Assembly: GCA_036488585.1 (NCBI GenBank)
Contig: DASXHH010000005.1
Coordinates: 7,147-71,146 of the forward strand
Direction: 5' to 3'
DNA length: 64,000 nt
Origin: Candidatus Saccharimonadia bacterium
GTDB taxonomy: Bacteria > Patescibacteriota > Saccharimonadia > UBA4664
The notes beneath the pieces were generated by a model. It was given only the letters and a program-made list of their open reading frames with translations. It was not told the origin of the DNA and did no database searches. Each line of letters opens with the position of its first letter. Position 1 is the first letter of the stretch. Shown here one piece after another: positions 28,445 to 37,887 of the stretch. The position numbers and the translations under genes were made by a program.

Positions 28445-28989
28445 TTCGATTGCCCCGGCTTAAAGCCAATTGCCAGCGTGCCACCCCAGGGCGCGCCCGA
28501 TCCTGGGCTCGTAATATTTACGATGTCTGCTGCTGAAATCCTAGGCGAGACGACCAGAGAGTTGCGCAGAGCTAGGATGTCGTCGTATTTTTCCGCGCTT
28601 ACCTGCAGTGTCACGGGGGCCTGGTCGTTACCAGTCAGCGAAATGCCGTCTAGTTTCACCCCCTGCGGTATCACCTTCACCAAATCCGCAATTAACAACG
28701 AGAATCTCGTCTGGGTATCCTGAACATACTTAATGGCGTTTAGACGCTGGCTGGCGTCCTGGGCTTTTGGCAGCAGCGCGCTGCTCTGGGCGTTGATATC
28801 TTGCTCTTTCGATGCCACATCCGCCGCCACCGCGTTGGTTTGCTGCTGAATCAGGTAGTACGCTCCCCCGAATATACCTCCCAGTACCCCAACCACCACT
28901 ATCGTCACCCATACGTACTTCAGCACGAGCCGGTTCATCTTGGCGTAGCGAATCTGCTCTTTCATGTCGGGCGGCATCAGGTTGATCAC
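28441..28989 (-). CDS. pilN: Type IV pilus assembly protein PilN
   Basis: INLMPPDMKEQI N-terminus typical of PilN, followed by a TM helix. Confidence 0.7.
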   Translation of the reverse strand: MINLMPPDMKEQIRYAKMNRLVLKYVWVTIVVVGVLGGIFGGAYYLIQQQTNAVAADVASKEQDINAQSSALLPKAQDASQRLNAIKYVQDTQTRFSLLIADLVKVIPQGVKLDGISLTGNDQAPVTLQVSAEKYDDILALRNSLVVSPRISAADIVNITSPGSGAPWGGTLAIGFKPGQSK

Positions 28990-30041
28990 AGCTTGCCCTC
29001 CAGCCGCGCCAGCCCAATGGCGGTGGTATACATCGGTGCGTCAAACTTACTCACCTTGTGCACGTTTTTCGGGATTGCCAACCCGGCCCATGGATCAGCC
29101 ACGATCACCGGCACGCTAATCTCGGCTGCCATGTACTCCAAAAATCCCGGCATACTGGCGCTACCGCCTCCTACGATAATAGTCTCGATTTTGCTCTTGT
29201 TGGGGCTACGGTCCTGATAAAATTTCATCACTTTGCGCATCTCGTCACACATACGCTTGAGCGGCGCGCCCAGGCTGGCCACCACCTTTGGCTGCAGCCC
29301 CGATGGTCCCAGCCCAAACTTGTATTTGATCTCGTTGGCCTGCTCGGGCTTGAGCCCCAGGTCCTTCACGAGTTGCTGCGTCAAGGTGTCGCCGCCCAGC
29401 GGGATCGTGTTGGTGAGCCGGATCACCTTGTCGTGCACGGTTAGGTCGATGGAGGAGGAGCCGATGTCGGCCACCAGTGTCGGCTTATCCATCGGCGTCG
29501 ATGACACGATTGCCCGGGTCGCCGCGCTCAAGCTCGAGTCGATCATCGCTACCTCGAAGCCCATTAGGTCAAACAGTTTAATGTAACTGTCCACGATCGC
29601 TCGTGGCGCCGCGACCATCAGTACCTCGTTGCGCTCGGTAGTGTTCTCGATCACTTCGTAGTCGATGTACAGGTCGGGCATTGGCACGGGGATATACTGC
29701 TCGGCCTCCAAATGCACTGCCTGCGCCAGGTCTGTCGACGACATGGGCGGCAGGTCGAGCATGCGTGTAAACACTTTGCTCACCGGCAACGCCGCCGCCA
29801 CCCGCGTCGATGTAATCTTTCCGAAGCTCATGTTCTTAAGCAACGGTTTCATAGCGCCCGCAATCTCCTGCGGGTCTACAATAATGCCTTCCACGATGGA
29901 GTCTTCCGGGAAATTGGCGTAACCGTATCCCATCACCTCCATCTGTTTGCCGGGCGGCTTCAGCTGGATCATTTTGGCCGTGCGCGTACCTAAATCAAAC
30001 CCAAATACAGGCCGGTCTTTGTATACCAGCGGTACACGCAT
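28986..30041 (-). CDS. pilM: Type IV pilus assembly protein PilM (actin-like ATPase)
   Basis: 351 aa; ...VFGFDLGT... start typical of PilM; position upstream of pilN-pilO. Confidence 0.85.
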   Translation of the reverse strand: MRVPLVYKDRPVFGFDLGTRTAKMIQLKPPGKQMEVMGYGYANFPEDSIVEGIIVDPQEIAGAMKPLLKNMSFGKITSTRVAAALPVSKVFTRMLDLPPMSSTDLAQAVHLEAEQYIPVPMPDLYIDYEVIENTTERNEVLMVAAPRAIVDSYIKLFDLMGFEVAMIDSSLSAATRAIVSSTPMDKPTLVADIGSSSIDLTVHDKVIRLTNTIPLGGDTLTQQLVKDLGLKPEQANEIKYKFGLGPSGLQPKVVASLGAPLKRMCDEMRKVMKFYQDRSPNKSKIETIIVGGGSASMPGFLEYMAAEISVPVIVADPWAGLAIPKNVHKVSKFDAPMYTTAIGLARLEGKL

Positions 30042-30095
30042 GGTTAGCTAAAATCCCTCCATTGCCCATATTGTATCAAAACGGTTATGGCTATA

Positions 30096-31562
30096 CTACC
30101 AGGTGGCGAACTGGTAGTTGCTCACGTTGTAGGAGTAGTTTCCGGTCACAACTGTGCTCGTAAATACTAAATTGCCAGACTGCGACAAGTTAATGGTCTG
30201 CCCCAGCAGCGCGCCCAGCGTACCAGCCTGCCCCAGCGTCACCTGAGTGTACTTGGCGTAAAATACCGATCCCGGCGCGGCTCCTTGGTTGCCAATGCTT
30301 ACGGTTTGCACGGTCTGTGAATTATAGAGACTGGAGCCGCTCAGACTGTCGCAGTATGTTGCGCTAGTGGTCCCTGTGGTACAACTACTTGTCGAGTAGA
30401 AGGTAATAAACTCCATACCGATCTGGCTGGAGTTTGTCGCCACACTAGCCGTTTGGCTTGTGGTTACCCCGGTCGAGCCATCGACCATAATCGTCGGCTG
30501 GGTGGTGATGCCGCTCGCCACTTTTATAATCGCTGAGTTGCGCATAGTGAAGTTGCCGGTAATCCATGCGTTGCCACTCACGATCACGGTGCATTTATTA
30601 GAAATAACCACATCGCCTGTAATCTTCACATTTGCCGGCCAAGTCACTGTTCCGCTGTTCGTCGTGCATGTCGCCGCCGATGGCGTGATGGTACTGGCTA
30701 CAGCGCCCACCTGTGACACCCGGTCGTAGCCTGGCAGAGTGGGCGCTATCACGCCGCTGGTGGACTGGACTCCTGGGTTAGTTATCTTGGTGGCATAAAA
30801 ATTGGTCTGGTCGTTCGAGCTCACGTTGCCGTAAATGTGCGCCTGCGCACCGCTCATGGTAATGGGGTTGGGGTCGACGCCGGTATTGCAAACCGTTGGG
30901 TAGGTGCCCGCGCCCCCGATTCCGCCGCCGCTTCCACAGCGCGCGTTGGCCACGCTCACCGATATCGGCGTCGATGCCGTGCCGATGCTCGAAGAGTTGT
31001 TTAGGGTCAAGTACCCGCCGATGTACACCGGCCCCTGCGAAATGTTGGACGAGTTGTTCATTACCAAGCCACCAGGTCCAGTCTGTACCGCGTACGAACC
31101 GGCTGGGCTGCCCTCCACGGTCACCTTTAGCTTGTGGGTGGAGATCGGATTGGTGTCGCTGGGCGTACGGTACACCTTGCCTGCCACGTAGACGATAAGT
31201 TCGTGCTGGATGCTACCCGCCTTCACGCAGATCTGGTAGGTGCCCTTGCCCTTCACACTATCACTGAATGTCTGCACGGCGCCGCTGCTGTCGGTCATAG
31301 GGCAGGCAGCGGTGCCAGTGCCCGTATAGGTGCCGTTCGTGGCGTTAAGCTGGAACACTGCGTTATCCACGCCCGTCTCCGCTACATACAGCGCTTGAGT
31401 ATCAAAAAACGTCCGCTTGGCCGACGCCAGGCTCACCAGGCTCAGTGACAAAATTCCGCTCAAGGTTATAAACAGCGTTATGCATGTCACCAGCACCAGC
31501 AATAGCACGTAACCGCTGTCACCTTGATCTCGTAATGGCTGCCACAATCGCTTCAACATCAT
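30096..31562 (-). CDS. PilX-N-terminal-domain minor pilin with large Thr/Ser/Gly-rich beta-type extension (putative pilus tip adhesin)
   Basis: N-terminal hydrophobic segment GYVLLLVLVTCITLFITLSGILSL plus ALYVAETGVDNAVFQLN resembles PilX_N; about 400 aa of T/S/G/N-rich sequence follows. Confidence 0.55.
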   Translation of the reverse strand: MMLKRLWQPLRDQGDSGYVLLLVLVTCITLFITLSGILSLSLVSLASAKRTFFDTQALYVAETGVDNAVFQLNATNGTYTGTGTAACPMTDSSGAVQTFSDSVKGKGTYQICVKAGSIQHELIVYVAGKVYRTPSDTNPISTHKLKVTVEGSPAGSYAVQTGPGGLVMNNSSNISQGPVYIGGYLTLNNSSSIGTASTPISVSVANARCGSGGGIGGAGTYPTVCNTGVDPNPITMSGAQAHIYGNVSSNDQTNFYATKITNPGVQSTSGVIAPTLPGYDRVSQVGAVASTITPSAATCTTNSGTVTWPANVKITGDVVISNKCTVIVSGNAWITGNFTMRNSAIIKVASGITTQPTIMVDGSTGVTTSQTASVATNSSQIGMEFITFYSTSSCTTGTTSATYCDSLSGSSLYNSQTVQTVSIGNQGAAPGSVFYAKYTQVTLGQAGTLGALLGQTINLSQSGNLVFTSTVVTGNYSYNVSNYQFATW

Positions 31563-32245
31563 CGATTCCTCAAGGCCGCCACCGTTGTGTATGTGCCCGT
31601 GTAAGGCTTGCCGTTAATGGTTCGAGTCTCAGTCACGGTGTAGTTCACTGCCTCTGTGTTGTTTGGCGAGCATGACGTGCACGGCGTGGTAGAGCCAGCC
31701 GTGAGGTAGCCGGTTGTCAGGTTGGCCACATCGTCCACCACGTCGGAGTCGGCCGGGCAACCGGCCGTGGCCGAGGCCGGCGGACAGGTGGTAACAGCGG
31801 CGTTGGTATAGCCATCGGGCAGTGTTGCAGCTAGTGTGCGCTTGTATAGCTTATGTGTCGTGCTATCCAAGTAGAAAATAACTTCATCCGTGTACACCGA
31901 CTGATGGAAGCCATCTATATACACAACATCGTTTGTGGCCGCATTATGCGATGGCACTGCCAAGATTAATGGCTTGCCCGTACCAGCCGCCCCACTCCAG
32001 CCACCGACTGGCGCGTTCGCGTCCTCGATCGCGTTGGTCGATTGCACGGATCGTGCCAGCCTAATCTGCCGCGCCACAATGCTCACGGCCTCCTTGGAGT
32101 TGGTGAGCACTAGCGTCTTGTTGTAGTCCTGGTTGCTGCCCAGCACACTATTGGTCGCGAAATCGCCGATCGACAGTACAAGTAGCGTCGACAGCGAAAT
32201 CGCCACTAGCATCTCAACTAAGGTGTAGCCGCCTTCCGATCTCAC
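31559..32245 (-). CDS. Type IV minor pilin (PilW-like), prepilin-type N-terminus
   Basis: GYTLVEMLVAISLSTLLVL prepilin cleavage/methylation motif. Confidence 0.65.
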   Translation of the reverse strand: MRSEGGYTLVEMLVAISLSTLLVLSIGDFATNSVLGSNQDYNKTLVLTNSKEAVSIVARQIRLARSVQSTNAIEDANAPVGGWSGAAGTGKPLILAVPSHNAATNDVVYIDGFHQSVYTDEVIFYLDSTTHKLYKRTLAATLPDGYTNAAVTTCPPASATAGCPADSDVVDDVANLTTGYLTAGSTTPCTSCSPNNTEAVNYTVTETRTINGKPYTGTYTTVAALRNR

Positions 32246-32643
32246 CGGTTCAACCCCTTATTAGCAATCTGCGTCGAAAAGCTCACCGTCTTCGTGCCCG
32301 TGCGGTCCTTATAGCTCACTGTCACATCCACCTGATCGACGCCACTCGCACCAGGTTGGCTAATAGTTGCCGTAGCGCTGCGTGGGCCCAGCAGGCTGGG
32401 GTAGGGCGTCAAATACGACGAATAGTCTACCGTTCCGAGCGTGAGGCTTGAAAACGGCGTGTTGCGGTACTGCTCCATGATCTGTTGCGCCACCTGCGTC
32501 GCAATCGTGTAGTTGTTAGCGGCGCGGTTAATCTGCCGCAGCCCCGTAAACAAATCCGTCATAGACACGATCACTACGCCCACGAACGCCATTGCCACAA
32601 TAAGCTCCATAATCGTAAAGCCTGCTTGGCTGTTCCTGGTCAT
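32242..32643 (-). CDS. Type IV minor pilin (PilV-like), prepilin-type N-terminus
   Basis: GFTIMELIVAMAFVGVV class III signal peptide. Confidence 0.7.
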   Translation of the reverse strand: MTRNSQAGFTIMELIVAMAFVGVVIVSMTDLFTGLRQINRAANNYTIATQVAQQIMEQYRNTPFSSLTLGTVDYSSYLTPYPSLLGPRSATATISQPGASGVDQVDVTVSYKDRTGTKTVSFSTQIANKGLNR

Positions 32644-32720
32644 GCTTCTATTATACCGCTTACGCTCCCCTAACCAAAAAGGGACCCTTGCGGGCCCCTC
32701 TTGTTGCTAATTCCCGGAAA

Positions 32721-33194
32721 TTAGTTGCCGTTCACGAGAATGAACGATCGGGTGGTACAGCCAGTCGGCGCACCAGCGGCGTCTTTGACGTCAGTGCTCG
32801 CACCGTTGTCCTGGTCGTTCTCAAGACAGGAACTCAGAGTGTAAGTGCTGTTCGAGTTGCCCGGCGTGTAGGTGTAACCCGGCCAGCCAGACTTCGGATC
32901 CTGTGGGAGGGTCTTCATGATTGGGGCAGCCCCGGTACTCAGCTCTGCTAACACAGAGCCCCCTGTCGTGATAACACCAGAACTAGACGGGTACACGTTG
33001 TTGTTCACGAAGTACTCTTCCAGACCCTTACGGATGGTCGTGATGTCGGTCTTACGCTTGGTGTCGCGAGCCTTCTTCGGAGCCGAAGTGATGTTAGGGA
33101 TGATCAAGAGCGCTAAGATAGCGATGATCACGATAACGATCAAAAGCTCGAGGAGCGTAAAGCCTTCCTGCTTTTTTAATGATTTTAGAGACAC
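32721..33194 (-). CDS. pilA: Type IV major pilin PilA
   Basis: KKQEGFTLLELLIVIVIIAILA prepilin signal with Gly(-1), Phe(+1) and Glu(+5); C-terminal Cys pair. Confidence 0.8.
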   Translation of the reverse strand: MSLKSLKKQEGFTLLELLIVIVIIAILALLIIPNITSAPKKARDTKRKTDITTIRKGLEEYFVNNNVYPSSSGVITTGGSVLAELSTGAAPIMKTLPQDPKSGWPGYTYTPGNSNSTYTLSSCLENDQDNGASTDVKDAAGAPTGCTTRSFILVNGN

Positions 33195-33393
33195 GAGTGC
33201 TCACCTCCTTAAAATTTGTGGATGAATAAAGCGGATAAGCTCTATTTAGGCCCAGCATAAAGCGCTTACGGTTAAATGTCAATCCACCAGATTACTTTGC
33301 CGGTCCGCCGCTTGTTCTCGTAATTAAACCCACTGATACCACCGGGCCCAATGCCTTATGCTCGCGTTGGTGTAGCTAAAAGGAGGGATAACT

Positions 33394-34272
33394 ATGCACA
33401 AACTTTTCGTCCGTCTGGTCGCAAGCGGCCTGTTGGCGGGCAGCCTGGGGGCGACAGCCCTTGCCGACGGGTCTAGCATTGAGCTGACCGGACCCGGTTC
33501 GACGAATGTGGTTACCAGCAGCAACTCAAACAGTGCTCAGTTTCGGCTGAACAACCGGGTAGCTCTTGGTAACTTCAACCATCAATTCGCCCAAACGGGC
33601 GGCGTCTTTGTGTGCGGCAACACGGTCGTACACGGTTCAGGCCTGGGCAGCGGCTCGGCCTTCAACTCTAACAGCGGGCGTAACAACGTGATGCTCGAAA
33701 ACAGCGGTGGCATGACGCCGTTCGGGTTCCTTGGCGGCGGTTCCGGCGGAGGCGGCACCATCTTCTTGACCGGTCCCCACTCAGCCAACGTGATTAGCTC
33801 GAGCAATTCGAACCGCTTTAGTTCAACCACCACTAACAATGTGCGGGCCAACAACTCCAGCACCCAGACTGCGCGCAGCGGCGGTGTGCTGGTTACTGGC
33901 AACACGTTGGTCACCGGCGTAGGTGGTAGCGGCAACGCGGCCAACTTCAACTCCGGCACCAACACCGTGGGTATCTCCAACAGCTCACCATCGTGGAATG
34001 GTAGCAGCTGGGGTTCGAGCGGCGGCGGTGGCGGCGGTGGCTCCATCTCGACCACCGGTCCTGGCTCGTTCAACCTCATCCGCTCGAACAACTCCAGCCG
34101 GTCTACTCAGTCCACCACAAACAACGTGACCGCCACCAACACCAACCGGCAATCCGCCTCGAGCGGCCCGGTCGTTATTAGTGGCAACACGGTGGTGAGT
34201 GGCGTAGGCGGTAGCGGCGACGCTACCAACGAGAACATGGGCCAAAACGACGTCAGAATCAACAACAACTAA
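33394..34272 (+). CDS. Secreted protein with three tandem ~95-aa Gly/Ser/Asn/Thr-rich repeats
   Basis: Signal peptide MHKLFVRLVASGLLAGSLGATALA; each repeat has TGPGS.N[VL][VI].S.NSN ... SGGV.V.GNT.V.G.G.SG.A.N.NSG.N.V. Confidence 0.6.
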   Translation: MHKLFVRLVASGLLAGSLGATALADGSSIELTGPGSTNVVTSSNSNSAQFRLNNRVALGNFNHQFAQTGGVFVCGNTVVHGSGLGSGSAFNSNSGRNNVMLENSGGMTPFGFLGGGSGGGGTIFLTGPHSANVISSSNSNRFSSTTTNNVRANNSSTQTARSGGVLVTGNTLVTGVGGSGNAANFNSGTNTVGISNSSPSWNGSSWGSSGGGGGGGSISTTGPGSFNLIRSNNSSRSTQSTTNNVTATNTNRQSASSGPVVISGNTVVSGVGGSGDATNENMGQNDVRINNN

Positions 34273-34310
34273 CACCAACTAACACCAACACACACTAAGG
34301 CTGCCAACCA

Positions 34311-34345
34311 AAAAACCCGCCCCGGACCCGGAGCGGGTTTTTTAA
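34311..34345. terminator. Bidirectional rho-independent terminator between the repeat-protein gene and pilC
   Basis: aaaaaa - cccgccccggacccggagcggg - tttttt: a GC hairpin flanked by A- and T-runs. Confidence 0.75.
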
Positions 34346-34363
34346 GTGCGCGGCGCAGCTAGG

Positions 34364-35593
34364 TTACACGTGGTTGCCGATGTCGGAGATCGGCCCAAAT
34401 ACTGAAATCACGATAAAGCCCACCATTCCGCCCAGCACCATGATCAAAATCGGCTCAATGATCGACGTAATACCCGCCACTACGTTATCCACCTCCTTCT
34501 CGTAAAAGTCGGCTAGCTTCAATAGAATTTCGTCCACCTTGCCGGTCTCTTCGCCCACCGCCAGCATTTGGCCCACAATGGCCGGGAAGTATTCCGAGTT
34601 CTTAATTTGTTCACTCATCGGTTTGCCATTTTTCACCTTCTCGGCCACAATTGCCAGCTCATCTTGGTACACCGTGGAACTCAGCGCCGACTTGGTGGCA
34701 TTAATTGCGTCCAGCACCGAAATCCCCGATGCCATCAGAGACCCAAAGGTCCGCGCAAACCGCGCCACATTCACCTTCATAATGATTGGTCCAAAAATCG
34801 GCGCCTTCAGCATCAGTTTGTCCACCACGCGGCGGCCACCCGGTGTGTTGTGCCAGCGCACGTACAGGATGCCCGCTACTACCACGCCCCCAATCATCAT
34901 CCACCAGTACGACACCAGGAATTTGGAAATCGCCAGCAAGATCTTGGTATAAATCGGCAAATCGGCGCCGGCATCCTGAAAAATACTCGACAGCTTTGGC
35001 ACAATCACGGTCATTAGAAAGAAGAACGCACCCACTGTGGCGGTGGTGATGACGCCCGGATAAATCATGGCGCCCTTAACCTTACTCACGATCTCAGCGT
35101 CTTTTTCCTGCTGAATGGCCAGGCGGTCGAGCACTTGGTCTAGCAAACCACCCGTTTCACCGGCCCGGACCATGTTTACGTAGACGTTGTCGAACACGTC
35201 CGGGTGCGAAGCCATGGCATTGGCCAATGTGGCGCCACCGGTCACCTGCTTGCTCAGGTCGGCCACCGCCGCCTTCAATTTTGGTGATTCGGACTGCTGC
35301 TGCAAAATGTTTAGAGACTGGGCGATCGGTACGCCGGCGTTAATCATGGTGGAAAACTGTTGGCTGAAAATCACTTTGTCTTCAAGCTTAACCCTCGTCA
35401 AGGCGTTCAACTTGCCCATAAGCCCGCCTTTGGCGGCCCCGCCCTTACTTGGCTGCAGATTTTCCTTCACCAAAATCGGCGTCAGGCCCTTCGACTGCAA
35501 GGCCGCGGCCGCACCAGCTCGGTCGGGTGCAAACATTGAGCCCTTTTGGATCACACCAGATTTATCACGCGCGCTGTAGCTAAATTGCCCCAT
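34364..35593 (-). CDS. pilC: Type IV pilus platform protein PilC (GspF family)
   Basis: 409 aa with two T2SF repeats and three TM segments. Confidence 0.9.
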   Translation of the reverse strand: MGQFSYSARDKSGVIQKGSMFAPDRAGAAAALQSKGLTPILVKENLQPSKGGAAKGGLMGKLNALTRVKLEDKVIFSQQFSTMINAGVPIAQSLNILQQQSESPKLKAAVADLSKQVTGGATLANAMASHPDVFDNVYVNMVRAGETGGLLDQVLDRLAIQQEKDAEIVSKVKGAMIYPGVITTATVGAFFFLMTVIVPKLSSIFQDAGADLPIYTKILLAISKFLVSYWWMMIGGVVVAGILYVRWHNTPGGRRVVDKLMLKAPIFGPIIMKVNVARFARTFGSLMASGISVLDAINATKSALSSTVYQDELAIVAEKVKNGKPMSEQIKNSEYFPAIVGQMLAVGEETGKVDEILLKLADFYEKEVDNVVAGITSIIEPILIMVLGGMVGFIVISVFGPISDIGNHV

Positions 35594-35605
35594 ACTCTTA
35601 AAAAC

Positions 35606-37654
35606 CTATTCCCTGGTTACCCGTAGCACTTCTTCCACTGTGGTCTTGCCCATCAGTGCCTTCACGAAACCGTCTTGCTGCATCGTGAGCATGCCCGCTC
35701 GCACCGCTGATAGCTGGATGTCCTCGGCGGTGGCATGGCCCACGATCATCTTCTGGATCGGGTCGTCCACCTCCAGCACCTCGTAGATGCCCATGCGCCC
35801 CATAAATCCGGCGCCGCCACAGGTCTCGCAGCCGGGGCCTGACTTGTACAAAATAAACTGGCCGGCCTTCAGGTCCTTTGGATCAACTGTCGGCTGCGCC
35901 TTGGGTGCCGGGGCGGGTATGGCCGGAGCAACCTGCGGGATCGGAACAGTCAGTGTCACTTGCGTGCCCGTCTCCTCGCTCAGCTTCTTGCTGGCATCGG
36001 CGGCGCTGCGGTTGATGATGTTCGGGTCCGCCGCGATCTTGTCCAATATGCTCTTGGCCGTGTCAATGTCGTGCTCGGGGTTGATTACTTTACCTTTCTT
36101 GCGCTCCGTAGGCACTATCGCCTCGGGGGGTGCCTCTGGAACCGGGGTTGTCACCGGCGCATCGGGCTTGGCCGGCACAGGTTCGGGCTGGCCCTTCATG
36201 TCGTTAAACCGCTTCAGCGCCGTATCGAGCTGGAAGTCGCGCTTAATATTGGTTAGCTCCACGCCTTCGGGCACGTAAGTCAGCCGGCAGGTGGGGCACA
36301 GGCGCCGAACCAAGCGTTGTCCAATTACGGTGTTCACGGTACTTGCAATCAGGAATGGCTCGATGCCCATATCGAGCAAACGGGGGAGAGTGGTGGCTGC
36401 GTTGGTGGTGTGCAATGTGCTCAAAACCACGTGTCCGGTCAGCGCTGCCTGCACCGCCAGGTCGGCTGTTTCACCATCGCGGATCTCACCTACCATGATG
36501 ATGTTTGGGTCTTGCCGAAGCAGCGCCCGCAGCCCGCTCGCGAACGTCATACCAGCCTTCGGATTCACCTGCGTCTGGTTTACGCCCACCACGCGGTACT
36601 CCACCGGATCTTCAACGGTAGAAATGTTTACGCCCGCCGTGTTCATCATGCTCAAAACCGAATACAAAGTGGTCGATTTTCCGGACCCCGTCGGTCCCGT
36701 CACCAGCGTCATGCCGTGCGGTTTGTGCAGGTTACGCACAATCGTCTCCAGCGAATGTCCCGAAAATCCGAGCTCGTCCAGAGTGAGCGCCCGCGTCGAC
36801 TCGTCAAGAATACGCATTACTACCTTCTCGCCGTCCATAATCGGCAGGGTCGACACGCGCAACGCCACCGACTTAGAACCAATCGTAAACTTAAACCGGC
36901 CGTCTTGGGGCACTCGGTGCTCGTCGATTTTTAGGTTAGCCAAAATTTTAATGCGCGACACCACCGCCGCCAGAATTGGCTTTGGCAGTGTCATCGTCTC
37001 GCGCAACACGCCATCGATGCGGTATCGGACCTGCACTATGTTTTCGCGTGGCTCAATGTGAATGTCCGAGGCTCGCGACTTCACCGCATATTCCAAAACC
37101 ACATTTACCGTCTTGGCGATTGGTGCATCTTCGGCCAGATCTTTGGCCGACACCTTCTCCTCGGCCGCCGCGTCCGCGCTCGAATCCTTAATGGCTTTAG
37201 TGATCTCGCTCGAGATCTCGCCCTTGTATTGGTCGAGCGCCGTCAGAATATCGCTCGGCGTGGCCATATAAATCTTGAGCTTCCCACCGACCTGCTTGGT
37301 GATGAAGTCCGCTGCCTGGAAGTCATCCGGGTCGGCCATCGCTAGCTGCAGCTGTGCCTCTTCGGTACCAAACAGCACCGCCTGGTACTTGCGCGCAATT
37401 CGCTCCGGAATTTTTAGCAGAATCTCGCGCGGGATCTTAACATTTGCCAGCTCCACTAGCGGCACGTCAATACTCTTGGCGTACAGTTTCACCAGGTCCT
37501 TTTCGGACACCAGCTTCTTCTTCAAAACGATCTGTTGCAGCGGCTCCTTCTCGCCCTCTTTGGGAATGGCATCATTCAGGGCCTGCTCCTTCACCAACCC
37601 CGAATCAAGCAACAGCTTCTTTAGCTCAGCATCAGATATGCGCATAATTACCAA
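35606..37654 (-). CDS. pilB: Type IV pilus assembly ATPase PilB (GspE family) with a ~120-aa insertion in the tetracysteine region
   Basis: Walker A GPTGSGKST, Asp box, His box; CPTC and CETC lie 153 aa apart rather than the usual ~30. Confidence 0.9.
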   Translation of the reverse strand: MVIMRISDAELKKLLLDSGLVKEQALNDAIPKEGEKEPLQQIVLKKKLVSEKDLVKLYAKSIDVPLVELANVKIPREILLKIPERIARKYQAVLFGTEEAQLQLAMADPDDFQAADFITKQVGGKLKIYMATPSDILTALDQYKGEISSEITKAIKDSSADAAAEEKVSAKDLAEDAPIAKTVNVVLEYAVKSRASDIHIEPRENIVQVRYRIDGVLRETMTLPKPILAAVVSRIKILANLKIDEHRVPQDGRFKFTIGSKSVALRVSTLPIMDGEKVVMRILDESTRALTLDELGFSGHSLETIVRNLHKPHGMTLVTGPTGSGKSTTLYSVLSMMNTAGVNISTVEDPVEYRVVGVNQTQVNPKAGMTFASGLRALLRQDPNIIMVGEIRDGETADLAVQAALTGHVVLSTLHTTNAATTLPRLLDMGIEPFLIASTVNTVIGQRLVRRLCPTCRLTYVPEGVELTNIKRDFQLDTALKRFNDMKGQPEPVPAKPDAPVTTPVPEAPPEAIVPTERKKGKVINPEHDIDTAKSILDKIAADPNIINRSAADASKKLSEETGTQVTLTVPIPQVAPAIPAPAPKAQPTVDPKDLKAGQFILYKSGPGCETCGGAGFMGRMGIYEVLEVDDPIQKMIVGHATAEDIQLSAVRAGMLTMQQDGFVKALMGKTTVEEVLRVTRE

Positions 37655-37887
37655 TATTTTAGCATAAGCAAATTGGCTTTTATTATTACTTTCTAGTGCC
37701 TACTTGCGAAAGTTGTGATACCTCTAATGCTTAAGGTAACCTTATATCAAAGCGCAGGGCTCCTAATATAAACGACAAAGAACTCATTCAACACGCACGC
37801 GCCACCCTGGCCAGCAACGACCTGGGTGGTTGGACGCGCCCCGCGCCCGGCCTCTACCCGCACCAGTGGTTCTGGGATTCTTGCTTT

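Noticed and set aside
34262-34300. Short direct repeats ctaacaccaactaacaccaacacacac as a possible CRISPR or mini-repeat
   Set aside because: There are only two 10-nt units with no spacers, just 3' of a stop codon. This is not a CRISPR array. No cas genes or repeat arrays occur anywhere in the window.
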